DNA of 64,000 nucleotides from Nemertoderma westbladi. Its lineage: Eukaryota; Animalia; Xenacoelomorpha. Location: assembly GCA_032718475.1 (NCBI GenBank), contig JAUCBJ010005792.1, positions 1 to 64,000 of the forward strand. Reading direction: 5' to 3'. The notes below the pieces were generated by a model, which did not search any database, was not told where the DNA came from, and saw only the letters and a list, made by a program, of their open reading frames with translations. Made by a program: the position numbers and the translations under genes. This document shows, piece after piece, positions 26,170 through 40,027 of the stretch (position 1 is its first letter; every line of letters starts with the position of its first letter).

Positions 26170-27330
26170 CTTATCGCCCCTGATCCTTTATCGCCCCTGG
26201 TCCTTTATCGCCCCTGGGTCTTTATCGCCCCTGGTCCTTTATCGCCCCTGGTCCTTTATCGCCCCTGGGTCTTTATCGCCCCTGGGTCTTTATTGCCCCT
26301 GGTCCTTTATCGCCCCTGGTCCTTTATCGCCCCCGAGTCTTTATCGCCCCTGGTCCTTTATCGCCCCCGAGTCTTTATCGCCCCTGGTCCTTTATCGCCC
26401 CTGGTCCTTTATCGCCCCTGGGTCTTTATCGCCCCTGGGTCTTTATCGCCCCTGGTCCTTTATCGCCCCTGGTCCTTTATCGCCCCTGGGTCTTTATCGC
26501 CCCTGGTCCTTTATCGCCCCTGGTCCTTTATCGCCCCTGGGTCTTTATCGCCCCTGGGTCTTTATCGCCCCTGGTCCTTTATCGCCCCTGGTCCGTTATC
26601 GCCCCTGGTCCTTTATCGCCCCCGAGTCTTTATCGCCCCTGGTCCTTTATCGCCCCCGAGTCTTTATCGCCCCTGGTCCTTTATCGCCCCTGGTCCTTTA
26701 TCGCCCCTGGGTCTTTATTGCCCCTGGGTCTTTATCGCCCCTGGTCCTTTATCGCCCCTGGTCCTTTATCGCCCCTGGGTCTTTATCGCCCCTGGTCCTT
26801 TATCGCCCCTGGTCCTTTATCGCCCCTGGGTCTTTATCGCCCCTGGGTCTTTATCGCCCCTGGTCCTTTATCACCCCTGGTCCTTTATCGCCCCTGGGTC
26901 TTTATCGCCCCTGGTCCTTTATCGCCCCTGGTCCTTTATCGCCCCTGGGTCTTTATCGCCCCTGGGTCTTTATCGCCCCTGGTCCTTTATCGCCCCTGGG
27001 TCTTTATCGCCCCTGGGTCTTTATCGCCCCTGGTCCTTTATCGCCCCTGGTCCTTTATCGCCCCTGGTCCTTTATCGCCCCTGGTCCTTTATCGCCCCTG
27101 CTCATCTTTATCGCCCCTGGTCCTTTATCGCCCCCGAGTCTTTATCGCCCCTGGGTCTTTATCGCCCCTGGGTCTTTATCGCCCCTGGTCCTTTATCGAC
27201 CCTGGGTCTTTATCGCCCCTGGTCCTTTATCGCCCCTGCTCATCTTTATCGCCCCTGGTCCTTTATCGCCCCTGGTCCTTTATCGCCCCTGGGTCTTTAT
27301 CGCCCCTGGTCCTTTATCGCCCCTGCTCAT
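26170..27330. repeat. 17-bp TTTATCGCCCCTGGTCC array (~68 copies)
   Basis: Period 17. Only a few inverted copies in the opposite arm (30789-30940). Confidence 0.97.
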
Positions 27331-27644
27331 CTTTCCATCTTTCCCCCAACTTTCTCATACTTCCTAAAGTCACATAATTTACTGTAGTTATAGTTTACAT
27401 TTATATTTATACTCAAGTAGTTTCAGATAGAGTAGACCTACAATTAATTAGAAATTATATTATTCATATTTTCATATTAAATTCATAGACTAAGCAGCAG
27501 CTTGATTTAATGTTAACAATCTGGGCTTTCATTTTGGAGGCTCCAGGTTCGATCCCTAGACGACGCATTTTTTTTTACTGTTTTGGCACGGGACTTTAAA
27601 TGCAATTTTTCTGGTCGATAAATCAGAACCATGGTAACTTGGCA

Positions 27645-28900
27645 AATAGAGTAGAAAGGTTTATTATGGAAGATCACCCATTCTGGAGAACAAGCATTCC
27701 TTTAGCGCTTTAGGAAACAGAGTGGAAGGGTTTACTATGGAAGATCACCCATGGTGGTGAACTGGCATTCCTTTAGAAAACAGAGTGGAAGGGTTTACTG
27801 TGGAAATCATCCATGGTGGTGAACAGACATTCCTTTAGGAAACAGAGTAGAAGGGTTTACTGTGGAAGATCACCCATGGTGGTGAACAGGCATTCCTTTA
27901 GCAAACAGAGTGGAAGGGTTTACTGTGGAAGATCATCCATGGTGGCGAACAGACATTCCTTTAGGAAACAGAGTGGAAGGGTTTACTGTGGAAGATCACC
28001 CATGGTGGTGAACAGGCATTCCTTTAGCGCTTTAGGAAACAGAGTGGAAGGGTTTACTGTGGAAGATCATCCATGGTGGTGAACAGGCATTCCTTTGGAA
28101 ACAGAGAGGAAGGGTTTACTGTAGAAGATCACCCATGGTGGTGAACAGGCATTCCTTTAGGAAACAGAGTGGAAGGGTTTACTGTGGAAGATAATCCATG
28201 GTGGTGAACAGGCATTCCTTTAGCAAACAGAGTGGAAGGGTTTACTGTGGAAGATCACCCATGGTGGTGAACAGGCATTCCTTTAGGAAACAGAGTGGAA
28301 GGGTTTACTGTGGAAGATCACCCATGGGGGTGAACAGGCATTCCTTTAGCAAACAGAGTGGAAGGGTTTACTGTAGAAGATCACCCATGGTGGTGAACAG
28401 GCATTCCTTTAGGAAACAGAGTGGAAGGGTTTACTGTGGAAGATCACCCATGGTGGTGAACAGGCATTCCTTTAGCAAACAGAGTGGAAGGGTTTACTGT
28501 GGAAGATCATCCATGGTGGTGAACAGGCATTCCTTTAGGAAACAGAGTGGAAGGGTTTACTGTGGAAGAAAGATCACCCATGGTGGTGAACAGGCATTCC
28601 TTTAGGAAACAGAGTGGAAGGGTTTACTGTAGAAGATCACCCATGGTGGTGAACAGGCATTCCTTTAGGAAACAGAGTGGAAGGGTTTACTGTGGAAGAA
28701 AGATCACCCATGGTGGTGAACAGGCTTTCCTTTAGGAAACAGAGTGGAAGGGTTTACTGTGGAAGATCACCCATGGTGGTGAACAGGCATTCCTTTAGAG
28801 TTGACGGGTGTAATGTGGAAGATCACCCATGGTGGTGAACAGGCATTCCTTTAGCGTGGACGGGTTTAATGTGGAAGATCACCCTTGATGGCGTACAGGC
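27645..28900. repeat. 63-bp array (~19 copies)
   Basis: ATGGTGGTGAACAGGCATTCCTTTAG(G/C)AAACAGAGTGGAAGGGTTTACTGTGGAAGATCACCC (28198 then 28261). Confidence 0.96.
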
Positions 28901-29729
28901 ATTCACTAGCTTACTGAGCCTAAATGTTACTATTTTAATCAACTGGATTTATTTTAACGTATTTTTTGCACTAGACCTTTGCACTTATTATTGCAAATTT
29001 ACCTATGGCAGTATACATATACATGCAGTTTAATTTTTAATGATTTTAAAATACTCTATTTTTCGCTGTAAAACTGTGTACATACAGTATGTGGTGTTAA
29101 AATATTAAATAATAATTTATACAAATCTTATTTCAAATAACATATTGTTTTTAACTATAACATTTGTACTTAGGCAATTTAACTACAAAACTCTTATGAC
29201 ACTAATAAACAATACAAATACCAATGCCAATGCCAACGTTGATTGTAGGGCCTTATCGCCCCTGGGAACTTATCGGCCCCTGGGAACTTATCGCCCCTCA
29301 AATGGTCCTTTATCGCCCCTTGGGAACATATCGCCCCCGGGTCTTTATCGCCTCTGGGTCTTTATCGCCCCTGGTAACTTATCCCCACTGTGACAAATAT
29401 GAATTTTGAATGGGAGTTGCGTTGGTATTGGTATTGTTTATTAGTGTCATAAGAGTCTGTATCCATATACTGTAGTTAAATTACGAGTCACATGACATAC
29501 ATTGAATTGCCTAAGTAGGCCTAAAATAATGTTATAAATAAAAACAATATGTTATAAAATATGTTATAAATAGAGTATTTTAAAATCATTAATAACTAAA
29601 CTGCATGTATACTGGCATATGTAAAATTGGAATAATAACAGCAAAGGTCTAGTGCAAAAAATACGTTAAAATAAATCGAGTTGATTAAAATAGTAACATT
29701 TAGGCTCAGTGTGCTAGGGAGTGCCTGTA

Positions 29730-30420
29730 CGCCGTCAAGGGTGATCTTCCACATTAAACCATTCCACTCTGTTTCATAAAGGAATACCTGTTCACCACCA
29801 TGATGTGTGATCTTCCACAGTAAACCCTTCCACTCTGTTTCCTAAATGAATACCTGTTCACCACCATGATGTGTGATCTTCCACAGTAAACCCTTCCACT
29901 CTGTTTCCCAAAGGAATGCTTGTTCGCCACCATGGGTGATCTTCCTCAGTAAACCTTTCTAGTCTGTTTCCCAAAGGAATGCCTGTTCACCACCATGGGT
30001 GATCTTCCACAGTAAACCCTTCCACTCAGTTTCCCAAAGGACTACCTGTTCACCACCATGTGTGATCTTCCACAGTAAACCCTTCCACTCAGTTTCCCAA
30101 AGGAATGCCTGTTCACCACCATGGGTGATCTTCCACAGTAAACCCTTCCACTCAGTTTCCCAAAGGAATGCCTGTTCACCACCATTGGTGATCTTCCACA
30201 GTAAGCCCTTCCACTCAGTTTCCCAAAAGAATGCCTGTTCACCACCATGGGTGATCTTCCACAGTAAACCCTTCCACTCAGTTTCCCAAAGGAATGCCTG
30301 TTCACCACCATGGATGATCTTCCACAGTAAACCCTTCTACTCTGTTTCCTAAAGCGCTAAAGGAATGCCTGTTCTCCACAATGGGTGATCTTCCATAATA
30401 AACCCGTTACTCTGTTTTCC
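29730..30420. repeat. Inverted copy of the 63-bp array (~11 copies)
   Basis: GGGTGATCTTCCACAGTAAACCCTTCCACTC...GGAATGCCTGTTCACCACCAT. Confidence 0.95.
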
Positions 30421-31584
30421 AAGTTACCATGGTTCTCATTTATCGACCAGAAAGGGATGAAAACCCGGGTAAAGCTAGTCTGCAGCATTTAAAGTCCCGT
30501 GCCAAAACAGTAAAAAAAAATGCATCGTCCAGGAGCCTGGAGCCGAACTTGGAGAAGAACCTGGAGCCTCCAGAATGAAAGCCCAGATTGTTAACACTAA
30601 ATCAAGCTGCTTCTTAGTCTATGAATTGAACATGAAAATATGAATAATATAATTTCTAATTGTGGGCCCCCTCTTACTGAAACTATTTGAGTTTAGGCTA
30701 AATATAAATGTAAACAATAACTAGAGTAAAATATGTGACTTAGAGGAAGTATGAGAAAGTTGCGGGAAAGTATGCTGCATTTAATGACAGGGGCGATAAA
30801 GGACCTGGGGCGATAAAGACTCGTGGGCGATAAAGACCCAGGGGCGATAAGTTCCTAAAAACTCAGAACTGGGGGGCGATAAGTTCCCAACAAAAATGCA
30901 ATTTATAGGGGCGATAAAGTTCCAGGGGCGATAAGGTCCTGCTTCGCCAACGTTTCTCCCATTTAAAATTCATATTTGTCACAGTGCCGAAAGTTACCAG
31001 GCGCGATAAAGACCCGGGGGCGATAAAGACCCGGGGGGGGGGGGGGGGCGATATGTTCCCAGATAAAGGACCAATTCAGGGGCGATAAGTTCCCAGGGGG
31101 TGATAAGGCCCTACAATCTTTTAGGATAAGAAAAATAACTCTGGTAACGATTTCAAAGAGTTGGCCCAAACCACCCAATTACACTCAAAGCTGGTAAAAT
31201 TTCACTGATTTAGCCAAATTTGCAACATTTTAGCCCAAAATTAAATTACATATATATCGAAAATAAAACAACGTCCTATGAAAATTATATTTCCGGTATC
31301 TTTGCACATTTATAAGACATGTTCGTCTTACAAAGTTGACATATTCCGAAATTTCCAAGAGTTTGTCAATTTTGATGTCAAATTTGGATTACGTAGCAAT
31401 AATTGAAAAATTCTGGCTCATGAAGAAACTTAGAGGCAGCTCGAAAGTTGAACCAGATATAAATAATATTGAGTACAGCAATTGTAAATAAATTCATTTA
31501 GCTCAATAACAATTAAACGTTAATTATTAAATCTGGTCGTATTTCAGCAGAGCTACGTTAGGTTTTGGTATTAAGGATTGATAG

Positions 31585-31660
31585 TGCGCCAGTGGCTCAG
31601 TTGGCAGAGCGTGGGATTTGGAATCTCTAGGTACCGAGTTCAATCCCCCAATTCCGGTGA
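31585..31660 (+). mobile_element. tRNA-derived SINE head or tRNA pseudogene
   Basis: TGGCTCAGTTGGCAGAGC A-box and GAGTTCAATCCC B-box, followed by a T-run. The cloverleaf is incomplete. Confidence 0.6.
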
Positions 31661-32384
31661 ATGTTTTTTGTTGTAAGATTGGTAGGAAGCCATTCAAGGA
31701 GGCAGTTCTTGCGTTAGTAGACGCGGACCTTTGCGCGATTTCACGCTTGTTCATTTTAAATTTCCCCCCATTTTATGCCAAATATCAATGCGTTTACTTC
31801 CTTGTTATATTTGGCTGATTATTTATACTGTATTGCAGTAATTATGGCCTTCTGGTGAACTCAGTAATTCTTTTACCAGATCCAAATGGTGCGAATATTT
31901 GAACAGCGCGATTAGAAAGTAGAGAACCCGGAAATTGGAATTATATTCCCTTAAGTTTTAGTACACAGGACCGGTAATGTAAGTTATTAATTAATAGGTA
32001 CTATAGTTGGGGACAATCAATATTTTATAATTATTGGTGTTATTCGCCAAGATGGGATTTGCGTCCATCTCCATAATAACCCCACCCCCCCCCCCCCTCC
32101 CTCTGTCTCCTATATACAGTAGGCCTATATATGTATATATCAGTCTGTACAAGTATTGCTCTTTTGGAGTCAACGTCATGTACTTTTTAAATATTATATC
32201 ATTCATATAACTTTTTACTTCAATGAAATAATAAACTCCAACAAGATGATGTCTCCACATTTCCTTTTTGGTGCGATAGCTAACAAAACAAAATTATATG
32301 AATAACAGAATTGCGACTTGTGATGATATATTATTGTTTATTTATAAGTACGTAATATAACTATTTAAAGAATTCCGGGCAATA

Positions 32385-32836
32385 ATGGCAACTTCACCGG
32401 TTATTCACGGTCACCACTCGGATGATGATGACAACACCCAGTTGCCGGTAGCGGAACTGATAGTTCATTGGGAAAACTGGAATTTATTACAGATCCGCGA
32501 AGCTAACAAATTCGTATCCGTGGCTCGGAGGTTCTGTAGTCTACGGGGCCAATTAGGTGTTAGACCGAAACGGAGGAAAGATACCCGCAAGATCCAGAGT
32601 TCCTCTTTCGTTACCTTGATGAGGGGTGCTTACGGGAAAGCGATCGAACTGGACACAGATGTGGAGGACACTGACATTGATGACATACATGACTCTGTTT
32701 TTGAGGATAACATTTTCAGTAAACCACGGTCAATATCTTCTCCTTCTGTGACGTCATCTTGTGTCAACAGCTGCTGCCATATTGATGCCAGATATTTGGA
32801 AATACAAAGCGGTATTCCAGAGAAACATTCAAAAGA
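32385..32836 (+). CDS. Gene B, first coding exon (uncharacterised protein)
   Basis: ATG preceded by an AG acceptor (about 32370). 150 open codons, then GA|gtaagt (phase 2), compatible with the exon at 55345. Confidence 0.72.
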
Positions 32837-33504
32837 GTAAGTTTTACTTTTAAAGTATTAATTAACTATAATTAACTAACCGTTAAATGACCTTATATTA
32901 AATATTACTGAATAATTTGTGACTTATTGAGCCAGCTTAAGTTAATGGCTCCTATAAGCAGCCTACTTGAGTTAATCTAGAATAAATGAGAGGTGTCAAT
33001 CATGAAGAAAGGATTATAAACAATAATACGAAATACCTGAAGGTTTTCATTTCAGATATTTCTGAATTTCAAATGTTTTTATTTCATCCGACTAGCGGTA
33101 GACTGGATAACTGCCAAGGGATTACCGTCCCCACCAAGACGCCGCCTATGGATTGTCTAGCACGTATATCTGCCGCGGTTCAGCTTATACCGATACAGTC
33201 ATTGGTCCATATAAGAGACAGGTTTTGAACTTCGTTGGGTTCTGTGTAAAAATGTAAACACTGGACTTCCTCAGAAATTATGTAATAAGGGGTTTCCCGG
33301 GGCGTAGAATCCATTTTTCCGGGTCTCGAAAGTTGATTTCGCCTAGCAGTTGCTGATTTTTGAAGAAATGTTGCATGTCTCAAATTTGGCATCGATTCCC
33401 TAATGTGAGACAAGAAATTCAATTGTAATTTTTTTTAATAACTAACATGAAATAACCTCATAAATATTACGGAGAATCTTGTTAGGTTCTTACAGCCTTT
33501 ATTT

Positions 33505-33608
33505 GAGACAAAAGATCTGTAATTATTTGGCTATAGGAGCCCCTTGAAGTTGATATTGAATTTGTCTCACGTTTGGGTCCATGTCTCAAATTAGGCAGAA
33601 TGACTGTA
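33505..33608 (+). repeat. ~100-bp direct duplication (second copy 34104-34216)
   Basis: CTGTAATTATTTGGCTATAGGAGCCCCTTGAAG...GGCAGAATGACTGTA appears identically at both places. Confidence 0.85.
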
Positions 33609-35679
33609 CTATATAATGATTTAAGCTTGATGTAACTGATACATTCAGTAGGCCTACCGGTACTGTAGTGTGACTTTCGGAAAGAAGTCAGATGCAATTA
33701 TAATGTATGTGTATAGGGGGCCTATGGTTTCTATACTTCAGATACTTAGATACAAAGGCCTAGCCTACATTTGTCTCTTGTTATGGTTATAATTTCCTTG
33801 TCTCAAATTAGGGGAAATTCATGGAAACCGATACCATATTAAAGACAGTAGTCAAATGTAAAACTATGAAATCTTTACCACATAAAAATAGTTTTATATA
33901 AAAATATAGCCTTTTTACTATAAAATGTCATAATTTCGAGAATCAGGTCAAAGTGGAATGCAAAAATCTCATATCGATTTTAAAACCTTAAAATTTATGA
34001 AAAAAAGCTTCGATTTTTGACGGGCCGCTAGAATATTATAAGTATATCCAATCCGGTTGAATTATACCTAACGATGTACAGGAATGGTTACAGATCATTA
34101 TTCGAATTAGTTTTAAGTAGGTTTCTGTAATTATTTGGCTATAGGAGCCCCTTGAAGTTGATATTGAATTTGTCTCACGTTTGGGTCCATGTCTCAAATT
34201 AGGCAGAATGACTGTAATAAATAACGAAATGATAGAAGGTTTTCAATTTCACACATTTCTCCCTCTTATCTTGCCGCAAACTTTAGAATTGTGAGAAAGG
34301 CGTTATTCGTCTAAAAATCTAAATTGTTCGCTCTTTCAGATGGTATATTTTGTAATGTATTTCGATTTTTTAAAAGTGACTAAAATTTAAAATAAACAGG
34401 TGCGGTTTCTGTGAAATATCAGTTTTCATGGTGTCAAACAAAAAAAAACGACATTTTTTTGCAGATACGATAAAATTTCATTTTTCAAAAGCGGCAGATC
34501 GTCAAAATTTTTATGTAGATTGGGGTTTTTTGGGACACTGATTCGAATGGAACATGTTTTAGGGTTACCCAGATGTGAGAAATTACACTTTTTGGCACCC
34601 AATATGGTGCGCGAAAAGTGTTGATAGCCATAAAATTTCATTTTTCAAAACTATAACACAAAAATTATGCTCATATTTGGAATCCTCTTCAAATTTCGAT
34701 CTTGAAATGTACAAACATTCATTAGTACCAATTGGATCCATATTGTTTGAATTCGTAGATAACTTTTGCAAAACTTTAAATATATTTTTCTCAGAAACAT
34801 GGTTTCTGCGAATAATGCCTTTCTATATGCACCGCCACATATATTGCCAAGTTTCAGCTTGAACAGATTAAAAGCAAAGAAATGGGAGGACATTTGATAT
34901 TTATACATGTATATATACATTTATACATGTAGCCCTCAAGTGGTAGACTATTGAACTGATGGTATCTGAAGTCTCTATAAATACTAAACTTTTGTTCCAA
35001 CAAATCAACAAATAACATAAATTATCAACACCAAAGCTTTACATCCGATAAAGTAAAGTTATTAGCATGTCAAAACCACGGCTCCGCCAACTTCGTGGCT
35101 CGACCCACAAACTGAAAGAATCATGTGCCGCTCAGAGTTCGTCAAAGTTCTGTAGGGAGTTGTGGAAGATCGCTGAATTTCTACGGAGTGAGAAATAATA
35201 TGAAATGTAGCACTTTTCAGAATGTTAGCCAACAGTCAAGAATTGCCCATACAGTCATACAGTACGTATAGCATTACACCGGAAAATAATTAAACAATCT
35301 TGGAACGCATGTGTTTGAGCATCAAATCTAAAATTATAAATAATTTAGACAATGTGTTAGCCTCCATATAATTTAATACGTACGTAACCCTGTTGAAAAT
35401 TCATAGTACATTTCCTAGGATTTGCAAGTTCCTTGCTATCAGTTTATTACACTTGTCAAACTATGTTTAGTAATAAAAATTTGGTAAACTTGGTAGGGCA
35501 TGTAAGTTATTTCTTTAGTTTTAATAAATATTGCAAGTGTTACTTGCTCTCTTATATTTTGTAGGTACTTGCCATGTTCCTGCAAAGTATTGCATATGTG
35601 CAGATGTAGGATTACTGCAGTACTGTTAGTTGTTGGGCGAGCTTGTACTTGTACCAATTCAATTTGTTTCAATTGTGCT

Positions 35680-36426
35680 ATATTAAGCTCAATATTATAT
35701 TCGTGTGATACATGGTTAGGGGGTAGCACTGTCGAACTAAAATCCATGTACATAAAACTAGTTAAACTTTTATTAAACGTACGAGTAACTACGCCGAACA
35801 AACTATGCCTTGTAGAATTAGGAATACCAGAAATAAGTGCAAAAATGAAAATTATTACGAAAAGTTAAATGGTTAGACTAATGAAAACGTGGGATATTAA
35901 TGACCCGGTATATATTATATACAATTATGTGTAAGAAAGTTCAATCCCCTGGTTATTTTATTTATATTTAGAAAATCTTATTAATACGAATGGAAATGAT
36001 TTCGTGCAAAATAATCTATTTTGTTTGAAGGACTCTATTAGAAAGATGGCTCTAGCACATACGAAGTATAAAACTTATCTAGACATAAACCCTAATTTAT
36101 CCGTGCATACAATTTATAAGGAATCAAATAATTTTATTCCAGATAGTAAACGTGTAAATTTTAGCAGATTTCGGTTAAGTTCGCACCGCCTACGGATAGA
36201 AATGGGCCGATGGGCCCGCATACCCAGTAGTGATCGTGTTTGTTTATGTGATGGCAATTCAGTACAAAATGAACATCATGCAATTTTAATGTGCCCAAAA
36301 ACCGCCTTTATAAGAAACAAGTATCGTATTGTAGGCCGCATTTGTATGTCCGATTTTATGGTTCAGTTTTCAAATAATATAATAGTAAGTGCAATTACAG
36401 AATGTTTAGAAGTATTAGATAACTAG
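35680..36426 (+). mobile_element. Non-LTR retrotransposon 3' relic with C-terminal Cys/His motif
   Basis: ILYSCDTW, and SRFRLSSHRLRIEMGRW...RVCLC...EHHAILMCP, typical of a LINE ORF2 C-terminus. Confidence 0.8.
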
Positions 36427-37782
36427 AATTCATGTAAATTTGTATTAAGTTGGACTGTATCTTTGTCGCAATGGTATATTTACAAGTTATTATTGTAAAT
36501 TTATTTAATTGATTTAATTTGGAAGATATTGTCAATAAACATATATATATATACCTGCCTGAGGCTAAGCATAACCATGTCACTGTATTCTGTATTACAT
36601 ACAGGTAAGCAGTTTCAGTTGGGCCTGCCAGTTGTCAGGTCAGAAAGCAGCTATCCCAGGTAGCCCATGACGTCCACGAAAGAATTTGAACGTTCATATT
36701 TGGTAATTTTTTCCTGCGAATCTGAACATCTATGAAATATCGATTAATATAGTGATACCGGTATTTTTATGGTGTAGAAAGTGGGTCCCTATTCGTAAAA
36801 AATAGATCCACCACAAGTTTTTCTTATTCTAGAATGTTTTTGGTGGTTTTGAGTACCCAGTGACATAATGGAGAGCAAGGTCTTAATGGAGAAAGAAAAC
36901 TAGGGGTGTGCCAGATATCCGGCCGGGCCTGAATCCCGGCCTAATTTTGAGAAAAATAAATAATCAACTTTTTTTTAATTTTTTGGCCGCATTTCAATTT
37001 CAACGAATTGTTGACAAAATTTACAATTAATGTAAATTTTCAAAAAAACTTCAAAATAAATTTTCTTTTAAATTCAAACAAATATAACTATAAACAAATA
37101 CAATGGAATACAATGCAATTCATAGTTTGTATCATATTCATTCATAAGCCTATTATCTCCTTCCACGTATAATAGAAATATCATAGGTAATAAACAGTGA
37201 CCATATTATTATTATTAATATTATTAATATTATTATTAATATTATTATAATTTCGGAACGGTTGTGTGGCCCGTCCAGCATATAATTATTATGTTATATC
37301 ATATTTATATAATAGAAAACCTAATACAATACTGGTATATAACACAAAAATAGGAAACATGTAAAGTAAACTAAATAAAGTAAAGTACACTAAAGTCTCT
37401 TGTTTTTGGATGGTGTACTATTGAGACAGACAAGTGAACTTATAGACTGTCCCGCAGTAGTACAAATTGGAGATGGTTGTGGAAAAAACACATCAAGACC
37501 CATTCTGATATAAAGCCTGAAAAATTGGACGGTGAAACACTCAGCACGCGAGAAAAAAGCTACGCCCCACAACAGTACAGTTTCACACAGGAATCCCCCC
37601 CCCCCCCCCCCCCCACCAATCGGCACGCGTACACACATACACCAACATACCCCCCCCCCCCCCCCCACACATAATAATAAAATATTATATTAAAATAAAA
37701 AGAAATGCATTATAAATTGAATTAATGGACCCATTCTTATTTATTTAGCCACTAGCAGATTGGAGTGAAATTATATGATTCT

Positions 37783-38150
37783 TTAGATTCCTATTGTACA
37801 AATGTTTAGAACCATGAAAATGTTTGACATTGTCAGGTACAGTAGTTCATTCCAGAGGGACATGCACTGATAAAGAGAAGATGATTTTGCAATGTTAGTT
37901 CTATATAATGGCAAATGATAATCATTTTTTGATCTAGTGTTTCGACTGTGAATTTGTTTGTTCAAAATTAGTTTACAAGTAAGCGAGAATAACCCATTCT
38001 ATATTTATATAAAAATTGAATGCATTTAAAAAGGAATAGGAATTTGAATTTTAAAATGTTCAGCTTGAAAAATAGATCGGCAGTATGATATTTGTATGGT
38101 TTTAAAAGTATAATACGTACAATGTTTTTCTGCAGTTTTATAAGTGGATA
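37783..38150 (-). mobile_element. L2/CR1-type LINE 3' fragment
   Basis: HSRNTRSKNDYHLPLYRTN...LWNEL motif. Confidence 0.65.
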
Positions 38151-39580
38151 ATCAATTCATAATAGCACAAGTATATCTGTATCAATATCTGTACTGAGAT
38201 ACTAATAATCGCCAGTTATACATAAACCTTAGGCCCTACTTATACCGTTAAAACTAAAGCCCTCTCTCAGGTGTTGGGAGGCACATGTGGCTGAAGTATA
38301 AATTGATATTACAGCAGCATGAACTAATATAGCTTGAGAGGGATTTGGGTTATTACTATCCTGGCCAATGGGAGATCGCGTGTGCTGCTTCGCCATTGGC
38401 TGTTGCCTTGGTTTGTTGATTATCCCTATCTTACTATGTGTTGGCAACGGCTTGTGGTTAGTAAGCCGATGTCAATAGTTGGTTGTTATATGCACCAATA
38501 AATATACACATATGTAGGACAATAGGTTTAACATTTAGTAAACAATGATAGCTTGCGCAGCCATCTAACTGTCCAGCTTGGTTCCTCTAGCAGACTCCCT
38601 GATTGTAAAGTTAACTTTTGGGGTTGGCATACAATCGGGGTGCTAACAGATTTTTCCACTTTGGTTATTACCTTATCTTGAAGTGACATATTGGTTTTGG
38701 GGTGAAAAAGTGCCTGTCCCGTAACTAAACTAAACACCTAATATTATATATATTATATATAATATATAATTGTACACGTGTGCCCATATACTAATTATAA
38801 CTAGTCAATAATTATTATAATGTTAGAGTATATCAATGGTTGATATCTTGAGTATAGTGAAAATAATGTTCTAGATTATTTACCATGAAATATATAATTA
38901 CATTAAAAATACATCAATAAGTTTCGTTTAACAATTAATAACGAATTTTTAGGAAATGTTAATATTAATGTGTGTTTACTGTTACTGTTATTATTGTTTT
39001 GATTATTGCTATGGGGCCAATTTATTGGTAATATATATTTGTAGATATGTAATATTGTTCAAATAATAAGTCCAATATTAAACACCCATCGGTGCAAACA
39101 AAGCTTTATAATGTATAAATAATATATTTATTTAATAAGCACAAAATTTAATAAATTGATTAATATTATTAACCGCAAAAAATTATAACACAAATCGGCT
39201 TAGCTATTCATTTATTTAGTATATTATTATTATTGTTTCCATTAAAGTATAAAAATAAATATAATTTATATTTTTAATTTCTACGGAAGTTAATTAATTC
39301 AAGAGTTAAAAAATTATTAAAATATTTACCCGGATTTATATTTGTTAGAAAGGGGCAAAGTGGCCCAACTACCGGTAATCATATAAAGTTTCTCAAGACG
39401 CAACATAATATGATATAATATGTTCTGAAAGCTCCGAGTCTGTAGAATTGGGTGCGAGTATTAGTAGACCTTAAATATTATCTGTAAAAAATATACTGAT
39501 TTGATTGTAAATGTAATGAGAACCTGGTTACGACTGACATTTTATGGTGCGACTGACACTGCCAAGTGACAATCACACAT

Positions 39581-39800
39581 TACACGTTCGTGGGGCCTTC
39601 GCGCATCACGAAGTGAGCAAAGCCTTTAGCATATGGGCACCATTAACGAGTCGTCTGCCGTTAGTCAGAAGTCTTCAAAACAATACTCGTCCTCATCTTG
39701 TGCTTCGTTGCGTTCGTTCGTTTTTGACCAAACTTCAGATTCTTTCTAAACTTTTGACGGACTACATACGTACAAAGTTTCGTTTAATTTCATCGAGTCA
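39581..39800 (+). mobile_element. 5' part of the HINE-like element
   Basis: Near identity to 14920-15100. Confidence 0.75.
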
Positions 39801-40027
39801 AATTACGTTACAATATTGTTGGAATGTGATCAGGTCCAGGAGCCTTTCCGGGTTTCATCTTCAACAAGTTCTTGTAAACCTCATGGGATTCAAAGACAAT
39901 ATGGTTGGGAATATTTTGGTTGGGCTGGTTCAAGTCAGAAGTAAGATTCTTGTTGGTGTTCTTCTTATCTGAAGTACATTTATGCGCATTGGTACTGGAA
40001 TCAACTGTAAAAGCAGATACAAAGGTC

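Larger units (their letters stand above)
26112..31117. mobile_element. Fold-back-like composite element: long inverted arms with internal tandem arrays
   Basis: 26112-29240 is mirrored by 29420-30909, and 29241-29420 is mirrored by 30945-31117. No coding capacity. Confidence 0.8.

Noticed and set aside
31585-31660. Functional tRNA gene (also 16423-16507)
   Set aside because: A and B boxes are present but the acceptor and anticodon stems do not pair properly, so a SINE head is more likely.
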